DNA of 64,000 nucleotides from Octopus sinensis. Taxonomy: Eukaryota. The notes beneath the pieces are model-generated. The model worked only from the letters and a program-made list of their open reading frames with translations, ran no database searches and had not been told where the DNA came from. Location: the NCBI RefSeq assembly GCF_006345805.1, contig NC_043018.1:26722001-26786000 (forward strand). Direction: 5' to 3'. Of the stretch, positions 23,080 through 35,960 are shown piece after piece (within the stretch, counting starts at the first letter, position 1; every line of letters starts with the position of its first letter). Position numbers and translations under genes: made by a program.

Positions 23080-24745
23080 TAAAATAAGAAATGTGCAAGG
23101 CTACCTTTATCAAAGGAAAAATGACAGAAACATCTAACGTTAACTTTGACCAACAGAATGTCATAAAAGAACTAGACCCAGCGGAGAGCTACAGTACCTA
23201 GGGGTAATTGAAGGGAACGGAATAAGCATTCAGAGATGAAGGAAAGGATCAGGAGAGAATGCTATCGAAGAGTGAGGACAATACTCAAGACAGAGCTGAA
23301 TGCAAGAAACAGGATCGAAGCAATCAATGCATTAGCTATACCAGTCGTGACTACAGTTTCAATATTGTTAACTGGTCAATTACTGAAATATGTCAGCTCG
23401 ACAGAAAAATAAGGAAACTGTTTGACAATGCATAGAATGCACCACCCTAAGGCAGATACAGAACGACTCTATCTGCCAAGAAAAGAGGGAGGCCGTGGTC
23501 TTTTGCAACTGGCAATAACAATGAAGATTGCTACAATTGCCTAGACACCTACCTGAAAAACTCTGAGGACTGGATGCTAAAACTTGTCTCAAAACATGAA
23601 AACAAGAAAGCATCATACTCAGTCACAAAACAGGCAAAGGAATATCTAAGTGAATTCCGAATACAACCAATTTCGGAATTAGAGATAGATATACAAGAAA
23701 CAAGCACAGAAAAACAGAAAAAGCTAGGCGCATGAAAACCCGTGCCAAAACTGGGGCCTTAGATATTCTGAATAATAAATGGCAAGAAAAACTCTCTATG
23801 GCAAATACCCAAAGAGAGCGAATAATGCAGATATCGACAAAGCCCTGACCCATCAATGGCTAATGGCCTCTGGCTTAAAATCTGAAACAGAGGGGTTTAT
23901 CATAGCAGCTCAAGATCAATGCTTACCAACAAGAAACTACCAGGCCAACATATTAAAGATCAGAAGCAGTCCAACGTGTCGTGTATGCAAGCAACAAAAT
24001 GAAACCATTGACCATGTGGTCTCCAAGTGCAGTCTTCTAGCGCCTACAGAGTATCTCAACAGGCACGATAGAGCTGCACAATATATTCACTGGGTAATCT
24101 GTAAAAACCTGGATTTGCCCTGAAAAAAACTGGTGGGAACACAAACCACCCCCAGTGCTCGAAAATGACCACATCTCACTCTCTGGAACTTCACCATTCA
24201 AACTGACAGGAAATAGATGCAAATAGGCCAGAATCATATTGAAAGACTTCAAAACAAAGAAACATGCCTCCTCATTGATATGACTGTCCCAATCAATATA
24301 AACGTATCTGTCAGACCTACCAAAAAACTGAGCAAATATAAAGATCTTGAATAGAAATCAGCAAAATGTGGAAGCTGAGACTAAAACAATACCTGTTGTC
24401 ATAGGTGCCCTGGGAATGATAGCAAAAGGGGCTGATAGCTACCTAACTCAGATACCAGGAAACCCCAAATGGCAGAAGTTCAAAAGGATAGTGCTCATGG
24501 GAACTGCTCATATCCTGCGCAAAATACTCTCTATGTAATCTCAAGGTTTAAACAAACAATTTCGGTTTTTAAAAAAAAAAAAAAACCTTTTTTTTTAAGA
24601 CATTCATTAGTACAACATCCCACTCCCAATATATGGCACACTAGGCATAACAACAACATGAACTTCCAACCCTGTTGTCTCTTGAGGTCTCTGGGTGAGA
24701 CTGGAGCCAACTTGTACAAATATAAAGCAAAAGTCAAAATAGATA
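23080..24745 (+). mobile_element. R4/Dong-like RLE LINE, decayed 3' 1.7 kb (second family)
   Basis: RT C-terminus YLGV...LNARNRIEAINALAIPVV, KSETEGFIIAAQDQ, CRVCKQQNETIDHVVSKC knuckle, RLE region; (TAA)n on both sides. Confidence 0.92.
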
Positions 24746-25614
24746 ATAATAATAATAATAATAATAATAATTAATAATGATCCTTCTACTGAGGCATAAG
24801 GTCTGAAATTTGTGTGTGTGTATATATATATATATCTATATATATATATATAATATATATATATATATTTCAATGTGTGTATATACATTACACATCATAT
24901 GTATACATATATGTATATATCATACACACACACAAATCCCATTTTTTTCTCTTGGTTACAAACACACACACACACACAAACACACCACAGGAAATTTTAT
25001 TGGTATTGTTGGCATATGTTCGCGTAACCGATGTAATTTCAACTGAGGAGCGAAATATTTTCGGCTCCCTATATTGAATATGATAGTCTGCACTTAACGA
25101 CACGTTGTTCATGGAAAAGGCACTCTTAGGAAGTTTTCTAATGTTATTGGTTTCAATTCTCCACTCAACTCCCTTTCCCTCTTTCTATTTCTGTTATTTT
25201 ATCTTTCTATCACTGTTCATAGATTTTTGTTATTGTATCACGTTACCTCTCTGATTGCTCTTCTCTTATGTAGAGATCTGTCTTCTTTCTTTCCACGCTA
25301 TCTCTCTCTGCTCATTCTATTTATCACTGTATATTGCATTCTCTGTTTGCATCTTTGCCACTACACAGGCCGTTGTTGGCATTTCGCCTCCGTTTTTTTC
25401 TCCCGATCCTACTCTGTTGACCTATATATTTATATAGACCTATGTATCTATATAAACTATCTGGTAAGATATTTGCGTCCAAACCACATGGTTTCGGGTT
25501 CAGTCCCAATGCGTGTTATCTTGGGAAAATATCTTCTACTATAGCTTTGGGTCGACCAATACCATGTGAATGAATTTGGTTGGCGGAAACTGAAAGAAAG
25601 AAGCTCGTCGTATG

Positions 25615-25648
<34 letters not shown>

Positions 25649-25695
25649 ATATATTATATATATATATAATATATATATATATATATAATATGTTG

Positions 25696-25766
<71 letters not shown>

Positions 25767-25797
25767 ATACATATATATATATATGTGTGTGTGTGTG

Positions 25798-26365
25798 TTT
25801 CTGTAGAGAGCGTAGGCTCGAAACGTAAAAGACTTTTCTATTCTGAGCGTTATACTAATACATCTGTTTGTTTTGTACACCACTTGACTTCGTCTTTTGT
25901 TTCTTTCGTAAACTCTCCCTATATTTATCACACGCTCACGTGGTCGCACATGTTGATCCTATCTTTCTTACCACTACGAAGTTCTCCACTGGACTTTTTT
26001 ATCTACCATTTACGGATTCGTTTGGATACTTACCCTCTGGCTGCACCTCTTCTACACACGGATAAAGTGGTCTTACTCTGATGAGAAATCCTTGCCAATT
26101 ACCCACGACGTCTAAAAACCTTTGAACTTTACGTAAAATGTTATTATTGTCATTACTATTTTTACATTTATTTTTTATACTTTCTAGCCACTACACACAT
26201 TTTTTCTCTCCTTTTGTTCTCTCCTGGTTTTTCTGTGTCCCTTTCCGTAGAAGGGTGTAGGCTCGAAACGTAAAATACTTTTTCTATTCCTGAGCGTTAT
26301 ACTAATACATCTGTTTTTGTACACCACCTGTCTTCGTCTTTTGGTTTTTTCGTAAACTCTCCCTA
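25798..26365 (+). mobile_element. PLE terminal repeats in tandem around a probable GIY-YIG tail remnant
   Basis: 25798-25925 is repeated at 26240-26365; both carry the hammerhead-like GAGC-GTAG-GCTC-GAAACGTA module. Confidence 0.6.
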
Positions 26366-26371
26366 TATATA

Positions 26372-26402
<31 letters not shown>

Positions 26403-26574
26403 ATATTATATATTATATAGATTATGTGAAATAGAAAGATGAATAATCTTGTAGTAGATTAATCAAAAGTTTAAACCGATACCTTAGTAGCAAAAATCAC
26501 AGCAGTGAACAGCACGGTTGGAGGTACAACCATCTGGCGTTGCAACCGTGCGTTGGTGCGGATAATTGAAATTA

Positions 26575-26960
26575 AAACATATTGGTGAATTGAAGAAATG
26601 GAGCTGAACGCAGATTGAACAGAAATCGTTTTATTTCATTCTACACGTGTTTCGAAAGGCACAAATTACCAAAATCCGATTGATAATGGGACCATATTGT
26701 GTCTTTCTCTTCAGGAAGAAAAAAGGAAATCGTTGGAAAAACAAAAAGTTTCGCCATGGGCTCTTAGGAGCACATTCGATTTGTTTTTTGCTCTGCCTCT
26801 GTTCTGTTTTTGTTTTTCCAACGGATTTCCTTTTTTCTTCCGAAGAGAAAGACACAATATGTCCCATTATTCAATCGGATTTTGGTATTTTTGCCTTTCG
26901 AAACACGTGTAGAATGAATAAAACGATTTCTGTTCAATCTGCGTTCAGCTCCAGTTTTCT
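26575..26960. repeat. Inverted repeat with ~175-bp arms and a ~58-bp spacer; each arm carries a hammerhead motif
   Basis: 26575-26747 is the reverse complement of about 26806-26960 with a few substitutions and indels. Confidence 0.9.
26635..26720 (-). ncRNA. Type I hammerhead ribozyme, canonical core
   Basis: TTCTTC-CTGAAGA-GAAAGACACAA-(loop)-TTGTGCCTTTC-GAA-ACACGTGT-A-GAATGAA. Complete core, 11-bp stem II with one mismatch, palindromic stem III, stem I with one bulge. Confidence 0.8.
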
Positions 26961-26988
26961 CAATTCACCAATAATGTTTTTATATATA

Positions 26989-27046
<58 letters not shown>

Positions 27047-27166
27047 GTATAATATATATATTATATATATATTATATATTATATATATATACTTTATTTA
27101 AAGCAGCAGAAAATTCAAGAAAACCTGTTACTCTGAGTTTCACGTTCCTGTTCGACAGTTTTTTGC

Positions 27167-27215
27167 AAAAACTGTCCGACGAACGGGAACGTGAAACTCA
27201 GAGTAACAGTTTTTT
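27167..27215 (+). ncRNA. Minimal type I hammerhead-like motif (U4C core variant)
   Basis: AAAAACTGT-CCGACGA-ACG ggaa CGT-GAA-ACTC a GAGT-A-ACAGTTTTT: 9-bp stem I, 3-bp stem II, near-palindromic stem III. Confidence 0.65.
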
Positions 27216-27369
27216 GTTGAATTTTCTGCTGCTTTAAATAAAGCATATTACTCTACCACTGGTATTTGAGTACTCTTTTTTCCACCTTGTTTCACATTTC
27301 TGTGTTTACTCCGATATATATATATATATATATTATATAATATATTATATATATATATATTATATATAT

Positions 27370-30300
27370 ATTCTAGTATAAGGGTGAAAAGGAACACACG
27401 AGTTGATATATGAAAAAACAAGTCAAAAAGAAATGCTAAAATAATTTTAGTGAACATTTCAGTACGGTTTCGGTCATTTTGAGACCTTTTCAACTGTAAC
27501 GATTAAATAATTAAATTTAGAAAAATTAAGAACAGTTTTTTTAAAAGAATATTTCTATAGTAGTGTTCAGATTTAAGTGGCATTCTGCCTTTCTCTGACT
27601 CCCTTGTTTGCACTTGTGTGTCGGAGGTCGTTGTGAGTTCTTGGAAGGGTAGTAGAGGAAGAAGGCTGGGGGGGAAAGGGGGATGGGAGAATCTGGGAGT
27701 GCCCTGATGGTCGTATTTTGAATGGTCAGTGGCGGCTGGCAGTCTCAGTTCAATTCAGGAGAATATTTATATTGACAGGCTTGTTTATAGAATTAGCGTA
27801 TGTTTTACTAAAAAACATTAGTGACAAGTTAAGGGGTAGGGGGGTGGAGAAGTAGAAGAAGAAGAAGAGAAGAAGAAGAAGAAGAAGAGAAGAAGAAGAG
27901 AAAGGAGAAGATGACGATGATGGTGGTTGGTGGTGATGATTATGACGACGATGATGATGATATGATGATGGATGAGAAAAGAAGAAGAAGAAGAAGGAGG
28001 AGAAGGAGAAGATGGGTGATGATGGTGGTGATGATGATGACGACGATGATGATGATAATGATGATGATGAAGAAGAAGAGGAAGAAGAAGAAGAAGAAAA
28101 AACAGAGAAGGGGGGAATATGATGGGTGTAAGTATAGCTATGAAGGGGCTGATTAGTAATGGATTCTATGGAGTGTAATATTTGTGTGGTATAATATTTT
28201 TTTCTTTTATTCTAAAGTTGAGGTATATTAATTGTTGTCGTAGACCCGTTTAGAATGTGGCTTGTATTTTGTAATAAAGAGATTTTCTTTACTATTCGTT
28301 GTCTCGAGGTTGTATCGTCCCTAAATTGGTAGAGGGGAAAATTCTGAAGTTTGGTGTTTTTTTTTGTTGGCGCAAGTATCTATGTGTTGGCTAAAAGCTA
28401 TTTTTCTGTTTTGGGGAATTTTTTATCTGGGATCTGTGCAGGGCCATTCGTTTACGCAAACCATTTTTTGTTTGGCCTATGTACTGCTCTTGACACCCGG
28501 ACAGGTTAGTGAGTATATTGGTTCTCCGAAGCACATGTGAAGTTGCTTTTCACTGTAAACCGTTGTCCTGCTTGAAGGAGAACTCTGATCCCTCAATTAG
28601 ATAGTCGCATATCCCGCAATGGGCCTTCCACATTTTTTTACTGTCGGCTTCTGTTTGAGGAGTGAATTCGGGCTTGTGTAAGGAGACTTTTCATGGATCT
28701 AGGCTGTCTTTTGCTTTTTATGATCGTGTGTGTTTGGAGGATTGTGTTCATTCTGTGGTCTTTTTTAGGAGGGGTATGTTGTGGAGGATGGTGTCAAGGC
28801 TTCGTTATTGAGAGGGTTGTGTGTGGAGATGTATGTAAGGCTTTTGGTTGTAAGTTTTTCTTTGATTTGGGATGTCTCAGTTCTTGATGTTAAGTTGAAG
28901 GGCACGTTGAATGCACTTGTCAATAAGTGAAGGTGGATAGTTCCTGGTGATTAGGGTATCTTTTAGTTCTTGTAGTCGTGTGTCTCTGGTGTTTGCGTTA
29001 GAGACTATAGTGCATATCCTTTTTGCTAGATTGAAGGGGATATTCATCCTGGTGTGTCTGGGGTGGCATGAATTGAATGGAAGATATTGCTTAGAGTCTG
29101 TAGGCTATAGTATATGTCTGTTTCTATTATATATTAGCTTTCTTAATGAGGATATCGAGGAAGGGGAGTTGTTGTGGCTATATTCCATCGTGAATTGGAT
29201 GTTTACGTCCAGTCCGTTTAAAATTTTCTGGAATTCTATGAGTTTTTCTATATTTTTATGCCAAAGGATGAAACAGTCATCTAGATATCTCTTCCAGTTG
29301 TTTTCTATGTAGATGGAGAAAGGGCTGCCATATCTTTCTAGAACCTTACGATACAGACTGATCTCTAGGTATCCTATGACTAGGTTGGCAAAGGAGGGGC
29401 CATTCGTGTACCCATCGCAGTCCCCGATTTTTGTCGGTAGAAGTTGTCACTGAAGGCGAAGAAGTTATTTTCCAGGATGAATTTGACCCCTTCTATCACA
29501 AATTCTTTTTTGATGCGGTGTGGTAGTTCGTTGGCGTGATTCTCTAGCCAGAATTGGATGCCTCTAGTCCTAGGTTGTGGGGGATATTGGAGTAGAGGTT
29601 GACTACATCGAAGGATACCAGTATGGTGTTTTTGTTTATGTATTCGGTAGGTGATTGAGCATATCTAAGTCGTCCCTTATATAGCTTTTGACATGTTGAG
29701 GAGTGGTTTTAACAGGGTGTCTAAAAAGTTACTGAGGCGGTGGGTTTCGCATGCGGGACCTGCTATTATGGGTCTCAATTGAGGTCATTAGGATTAGGGA
29801 CTTTAATTATTTTGTCTGTAGCTATCTTGCATGCGTTGCTTATTTTTTCACTTTTGTGGATCTTAGGTATACCGTAGAATTGGCTAGTTTTACTTGTGAA
29901 ATTGGTCATATAATCATATTCTTTGTCGGTGAGCCCTGCTTTGTATGGGTTTAATATGGATTTTAGTCCCTCATTATTTTTGTTGACTGTAGTTTTGTGC
30001 ATTTTCATAGTATGTTGTGTCTCCAGCATAGAAAGTACCAAAGTTATGTAAATGTCGTATCCATTAAGACAACAGCACTCCCTTTATCGGCCTCTTGATT
30101 GTTATTGTTTTATCTAGTTTTAATTTGTTCAACTCAGCCCATTCTTTTTTGCTGAAGTTTGGTTTGTGTTTTTGTTGTGCATATGTTGATATGGGTAATT
30201 GATATGTGGTCACAGAAATCAAGTGTTTTATTCTTACCTTTCGAGGGGGTGTAGTTACTCCTATTTCTGGCTAACGATTCGTCCTCGTTATTTATCGTAT

Positions 30301-30758
30301 AGCTCCTCAGTAAGTCTTAATTTTCTGCAGAATTCTGCGATGTCTCTTTCATTCATTGTAGTTGGGGTGTTGTGGGGTGGGTGTAAACTTGAGTCCTTTG
30401 GAAAGTATGTTTATTGAACTGAGACTGCCAGCCGCCACTGACCATTCAAAATACGACCATCAGGGCACTCCCAGATTCTCCCATCCCCCTTTCCCCACCA
30501 GCCTTCTTCCTCTACTACCCTTCCAAGAACTCACAACGACCTCCGACACACAAGTGCAAACAAGGGAGTCAGAGAAAGGCAGAATGCTACTTAAATCTGA
30601 ACACTACTATAGAAATATTCTTTTAAAAAAACTTTTCTTCTAATTTTTCTAAATTTAATTATTTAATCGTTACAGTTGAAAAGGTCTCAAAATGACCGAA
30701 ACCGGTACTGAAATTTCACTATAAAATTATTTTAGCATTTTCTATTTTTGACTTGTTT

Positions 30759-30762
<4 letters not shown>
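27370..30762 (-). mobile_element. Penelope-like retroelement (RT + Cys-rich linker + GIY-YIG), decayed, with inverted 5' terminal repeat
   Basis: FYGIPKIHK; VSFDVVNLYSNIPH; GTAMGTRMAP; WKRYLDDCFILW; IYSLTCPGCQEQYIGQT...LRKRMALHRSQI. Repeat about 27410-27753 is inverted at about 30415-30762. Confidence 0.93.
30671..30712 (+). ncRNA. Minimal type I hammerhead-like motif with U3-A8 core; second copy at 27458-27498 (-)
   Basis: CAG-TTGAAAA-GGTC tcaaaat GACC-GAA-ACCGGT-A-CTG. Confidence 0.65.
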
Positions 30763-30804
<42 letters not shown>

Positions 30805-30822
30805 ATATATATATATATGTTG

Positions 30823-30890
<68 letters not shown>

Positions 30891-30902
30891 TATAATATCT
30901 AT

Positions 30903-30935
<33 letters not shown>

Positions 30936-30989
30936 CCATACATATACAAGTCACACACATTATAAGTTATATATAAACTGGCTCAAGTT

Positions 30990-31480
30990 TGAAAATTGAA
31001 AACTCGGAAATATTTAGATGAGAACATGTTGCTCGAATTTATATATAGCTAGCTTGAAGGTGAAGAGAAGCCATAGTGCGTTTCGTGTAATGAAACAATG
31101 TGAGAGGAAAGCATGAACCCGGCCAAACATAGCTGACATTTAAAAACGAAGCATTAAGAGCAGACTTGTTGGATGTTTTCAAAAGAAGTCGGTAAGAACG
31201 ACATTCATGTCGAAAGTCAATAAGAAAAAATAGAAAGTGTTTTTGATAATGAAAACGCCGTGTTTGCATCGCATGATGTGTCTCTTTTAATAACTAAAAA
31301 TGGGAAAAAATCACACACAGCAACGGAGGAACTAATTCTACCTGCTGCCAAAGCAATTGTTTCTAGAATACATGGAGACAAAATAGCTAGGAATTATGGT
31401 ACGATTCCATTATAAAACAACTCTGTGAAACGACGAATGGAAGACATGTTTGATACTGTTAAAAACCGGATCGTGAAATG
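30990..31480 (+). mobile_element. hAT (Buster/Charlie-like) transposase N-terminal fragment
   Basis: RKYLDE...P*CVSC...SMNPAK...HLKTKH...SHTATEELILPAAKAIV...IPL*NNSVKRRMEDM. Confidence 0.85.
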
Positions 31481-31641
31481 AGTGATAAGAAGAGAATCCT
31501 ATTGCTTCGATGCATGGTGTGTAGTAAAAAGCTTGTTTCTCAGCCACATGGACCCGGGTTCGATCTGGAGCTTGTGGCAGAAAGTGAGTTAATTAGATTG
31601 CTGTTATTGTTGCTAATGAAGGCGCGTGGCTAAGTGGTTAG

Positions 31642-31869
31642 GGCGAGCTGGCAGAGACGTTAGCGCGCCGGGCGAAATGCCTAGCGGTATTTCGTCTGCG
31701 TTACATTGTGAGTTCGAATTCCGCCGAGGTCGACTTTGCCTTTCATCCTTTCGGGGTCGATAAATTAAGTACCAGTTACGCACTGGGGTAGATGTAATCG
31801 ACTTAATACCTATGTCTGTCCTTGTTTGTCCCCTCTATGTTTAGCCCCTTGTGGGGTAATAAAGAAATA
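31642..31869 (+). mobile_element. Tail-B SINE inserted into the tRNA head of another SINE; 9-bp TSD
   Basis: GGTTAGGGC at 31636-31644 and 31870-31878. Confidence 0.9.
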
Positions 31870-32481
31870 GGTTAGGGCATTCGGCTCACGATCGTAAGGT
31901 CGTGAGTTCGATTCCCGGCGATGCGTTGTGTCCTTGAGCAAGACACTTTATTTCACGTTGTTCCAGTCCACTCAGCTGACAAAAAGGAGTTGTACTTGTA
32001 TTTCAAAGGGCCGGCCTTGTCACACTCTGTGTCACGCTGAATCTCCCCGAGAACTACGTTAGGAGTACACATGTCTGGGGATTGCTCAGCCACTTGCACG
32101 TTAATTTCACGAGCAAGCTGTTCCGTTGATCGTATCAGCTGGGACCCTCGTCGTCGTAACCGACGGAGTGCTCCTATTGTTGCTAATGAATAACCACGGG
32201 TGGGGAGGGGGATCGATAAAGCTTATAGGTAGTTGCACTCATACACTAACATTACACATCGAGGGGTGGGGTGCATACTTGCCTCATTTCAGTTCAGCCA
32301 TTGCCCAGTATCTTCACATGAAGTGCAGATGTGGCCGTGGTAAGAGGTTTGCTTCACATCTACATAATTCTGGATTTAGTCCTATTGCGTGGCACCTTGG
32401 ACAAATGTCTTTTGCCATGGCCTTGGGCTGGCGAAACCCTTGTGGATGTATTTGGTTGACGGAAACTGAAAAAGGCCCTCA

Positions 32482-32514
<33 letters not shown>

Positions 32515-32840
32515 TGTGCGTTTGTGTTTGTACTTGTGTTTGTCTCCCTCCACCGCTTGACAATCAGCATTGGTTTGTTTACATCCCCGTAAATTAGCAG
32601 TTTGGCAAAAGATATCGATAGTAGTATTAGACGAACCTTCTCGCCTCACCAAAGAAAAAAACAACAACAAAAACACAAAAAAAAAAACAAAACAAAAGTA
32701 CTGGGTGGTCGATTTGTTCTTAAACACTTCAAAGCCGTGCTGCAGCGTGGCCGCAGTCCAAACGACTGAAACAAGTAAAAGCTAAAAGACATTTCTGACT
32801 ACGCCGAGTTACCTGCAGTCATACAGTATGAAGTGAATTG

Positions 32841-33074
32841 ACGGCGGCGAGCTGGCAGAATCGTTAGCACGCCGGGCGAAATGCTGAGCGGTATTTCATC
32901 TGTCGTTACGTTGTGAGTTCAAATTCCGCCGAGGTCGACTTTGCCTTTCATCCTTTCGGGGTCGATGAATAAAGTACCAGTTACGCACTGGGGTCGATGT
33001 AATCGACTTAATCCGTTTGCCTGTCCTTGTTTGTCCCTTCTGTGTTTAGCCCCTTGTGGGTAATAAAGAAATAG
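32841..33074 (+). mobile_element. Tail-B SINE with a 13-bp TSD
   Basis: GTATGAAGTGAAT at 32826-32838 and 33075-33087. Confidence 0.92.
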
Positions 33075-33519
33075 GTATGAAGTGAATGGTACCATTAGTG
33101 AAGATTTTCTGTTTTGCCATTTGGTGCCAACACACACACAACTGGTAAATCCATTTTAAACAGATTTAATGATTCTGTAACTGAATAATGAAACAAAGTA
33201 GTCAGAACACGTAGGAGTCAAGAGTCGTGACGAGACTCATTTAATGTCAGGAACATACAGAGGAGTCAAGGCAAGTCTTTTAACCTGTTATCTTTTACTT
33301 GTTTCAGTCATTAGACTGGCCATGCTGGGGCACCGCCTTGAAGAATTTCAGTTGAATGAATCGACCTTAGGACTTATTTTTTTTGTTTTGTTTTAAGACG
33401 CTGAGTTACGGGGATTTAAACACACCAACACCGGTTGTCAAGTGGCTGGGTGGAGGGGGACAAACACAAATACAAGGACACACACACACGCACACACACA
33501 CACACCACACACACACGTA

Positions 33520-34684
33520 TTGGGTCATCCCATAAATAATGCGTTTGTTTCAATTGCATGAACTAAAAGCCGAAGGGGAACGAGTTAAACTACCTGCATC
33601 GACTTGCTATATAAAAGCCAGGAAATTTACTTATTCTTAGTGCAAGTTTTGAAGAGTGCAGTTCGATTTTATCAGTTATTTTCAAAGTTATAATGGAAGT
33701 GACGAAGGAGCATATTCGGAGTATTTTGCTTTATGAGTTCAATAAAGGCAACAATGCAACAGAAAGTGCGAGGAATATTAATGCAGTATATGGGGATCGG
33801 ACAATAAGCGCAAGCCTCGTCCCGAAAGATCTGTAGAGTTTGACAAGGACGACCTGCAAACCCTGCTGGAACAAAATCTCATCGTAACTGTTGAGGAACA
33901 AGCAGAGAAGCTTGGATTTGGTCGTTCAACCATTCATCGACGCCTGCGTGCCATCGGAAAAGTCAGCAAACTTTCCGAGTGTAATCGTGCGCAGAGGGTG
34001 AATGTGTGCTCTCCTTTGCTGTCACATCTTACGAATGAGCCGTTTTTGGACCGAATGGTGACTGGTGACAAGAAATGGGTCCGCTGTAAAAATGTCAAGC
34101 ACCGATGACAGTGGGTAGGGAAAGGAGAAACACCGGCACTCCAAGCTAAAGAACGTCTTCACCCACGTAAGGTATTGTTATCTGTTTGGTGGGATATGAA
34201 AGGTTTAGTCCACTTTGAACTTTTAAATCCAAACCTAATAATAACAAAGGAGATCTACTGCGAGCAACCTGAGCGGCTTAAGTCAGCGCTAGAAGAAAAA
34301 CGACCATTTTTGGTTTCAAGACGAAAGGAGTTCTTCCATCAGGATAATGCTCGACCGCATATAGGGAGGATGGATGGGAAATGATGCTCCATCCACCATA
34401 TTCGCCGGACATTGCTCCGTCTGATTATCATTTATTCAGCAGTCTTCAAAATCATTTGGACGGAAAAAATATGAATTCTGTAGACGAGGTCAGAACAGTA
34501 ATAGAGAAGTATTTTTCGTCACGGACAAGTGAATTTTGGAAGAGAGGTCTTGCAAGTGTACCAGATAGATGAAAGAGCATTGTAGAGAATGAAGGAGGGT
34601 ATATTTAGATTTAAAAAGTACTTTACCTTAATTTTGAAAAATAAAAAGAAGTATAAAAAATGCATTATTTATGGGATGACCCAA
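33520..34684 (+). mobile_element. Mariner transposon, both TIRs present, decayed transposase
   Basis: TA|ttgggtcatcccataaataatgc ... gcattatttatgggatgacccaa|TA; FFHQDNARPH and HPPYSPDIAPSDYHLF motifs. Confidence 0.95.
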
Positions 34685-35076
34685 TATATATTTATATACA
34701 TACACACATGTCGGACTTCTTTCAGTTTCCATCTATCAAATTCACTCACGAGGCTTTGGTCGACCTGTGCCACGCAATGGGACTGAACCAAGAAGCATGT
34801 GGTTGGGAAGCAAGCTTCTTACCACGCAGCCACGCCTGCTCAAGATACATGAAGAAATATCAAAAGAACCCATTACTGCGCATATCAAGAAACAGTGGTT
34901 GCGAAAAACATATAAAAAAAAATGAAGACGACTCTGGAGGAGGCATCGAAAGCAGCTAATTTTTTAAAAGCTCATGTTGTAGTTCTCGTATTTACTGGGG
35001 TCGATTTGTTCTACTAAAGGCGGTGCTCCAGCATGGCCGCAGTCACATGACTGAAATGACTGACACCACACACCAT

Positions 35077-35127
<51 letters not shown>

Positions 35128-35869
35128 ATCAAATGTCTGCGCACGCACACACAGACGCTCACACACATACATATATATATATAAACACATACATAGATGT
35201 ACATATACATACACACAAAAAAAACACGAAAAACGCAGATTTATTATTTTCATATCTTTATTATTTTTTTAATAAAACCCAGAAATGAAATAAAAATTAC
35301 ATTAAATCCATTACATAATTATTTATCCATTCAATTATTTTATTTAATTATTTAAAATTATTTTTTTTTTGTAAAAAAATGGTATTATTTTCTTTTTTTT
35401 TTCTTTTTGAAATTTTGTTTCGTTCAAGAGAATATTTTTGTCGTAGTTATATAGCATGTCTTTCCTTATTTAGTTGAATTCCAAGTTCTTCTCCTCAATG
35501 GTATATTAACCCCAGTTATTACGAAAAACAAGGTAAATCAAACCCTTATTCAAAATTCAAAACTGACACATAAAAAAATACAAAAAAAAAAGGACCTTAG
35601 TCTCATCTCTACCTTCCTACGCCTCTGGTTATTTTATTTTATTATTTTTTTTTTTAGATTTTTCTTTTAAAATTATTATTTCGTATTCCCTCCAAGATCC
35701 CACCCCGAAACAAATTACTTTTATTTTTATTAATTATTTTTATTTGTTTTTTTTTTTCATTTAAAAGCAGACGTACGAATTTTCTAGAAAGACAAATTTG
35801 CTGATAGCACAATGAAAAAACGCATATATATGTATGTGTATATATATATGTCATATAAGATATATCAAA

Positions 35870-35914
<45 letters not shown>

Positions 35915-35960
35915 TATATTATATATATGTATTAAATATATATATTATATGTATATATAT

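Noticed and set aside
25038-25078. ttcaa-CTGAGGA-hairpin-ttgaa
   Set aside because: The closing stem and 5' core are present, but GAAAC and stem III are absent; at best a decayed motif.
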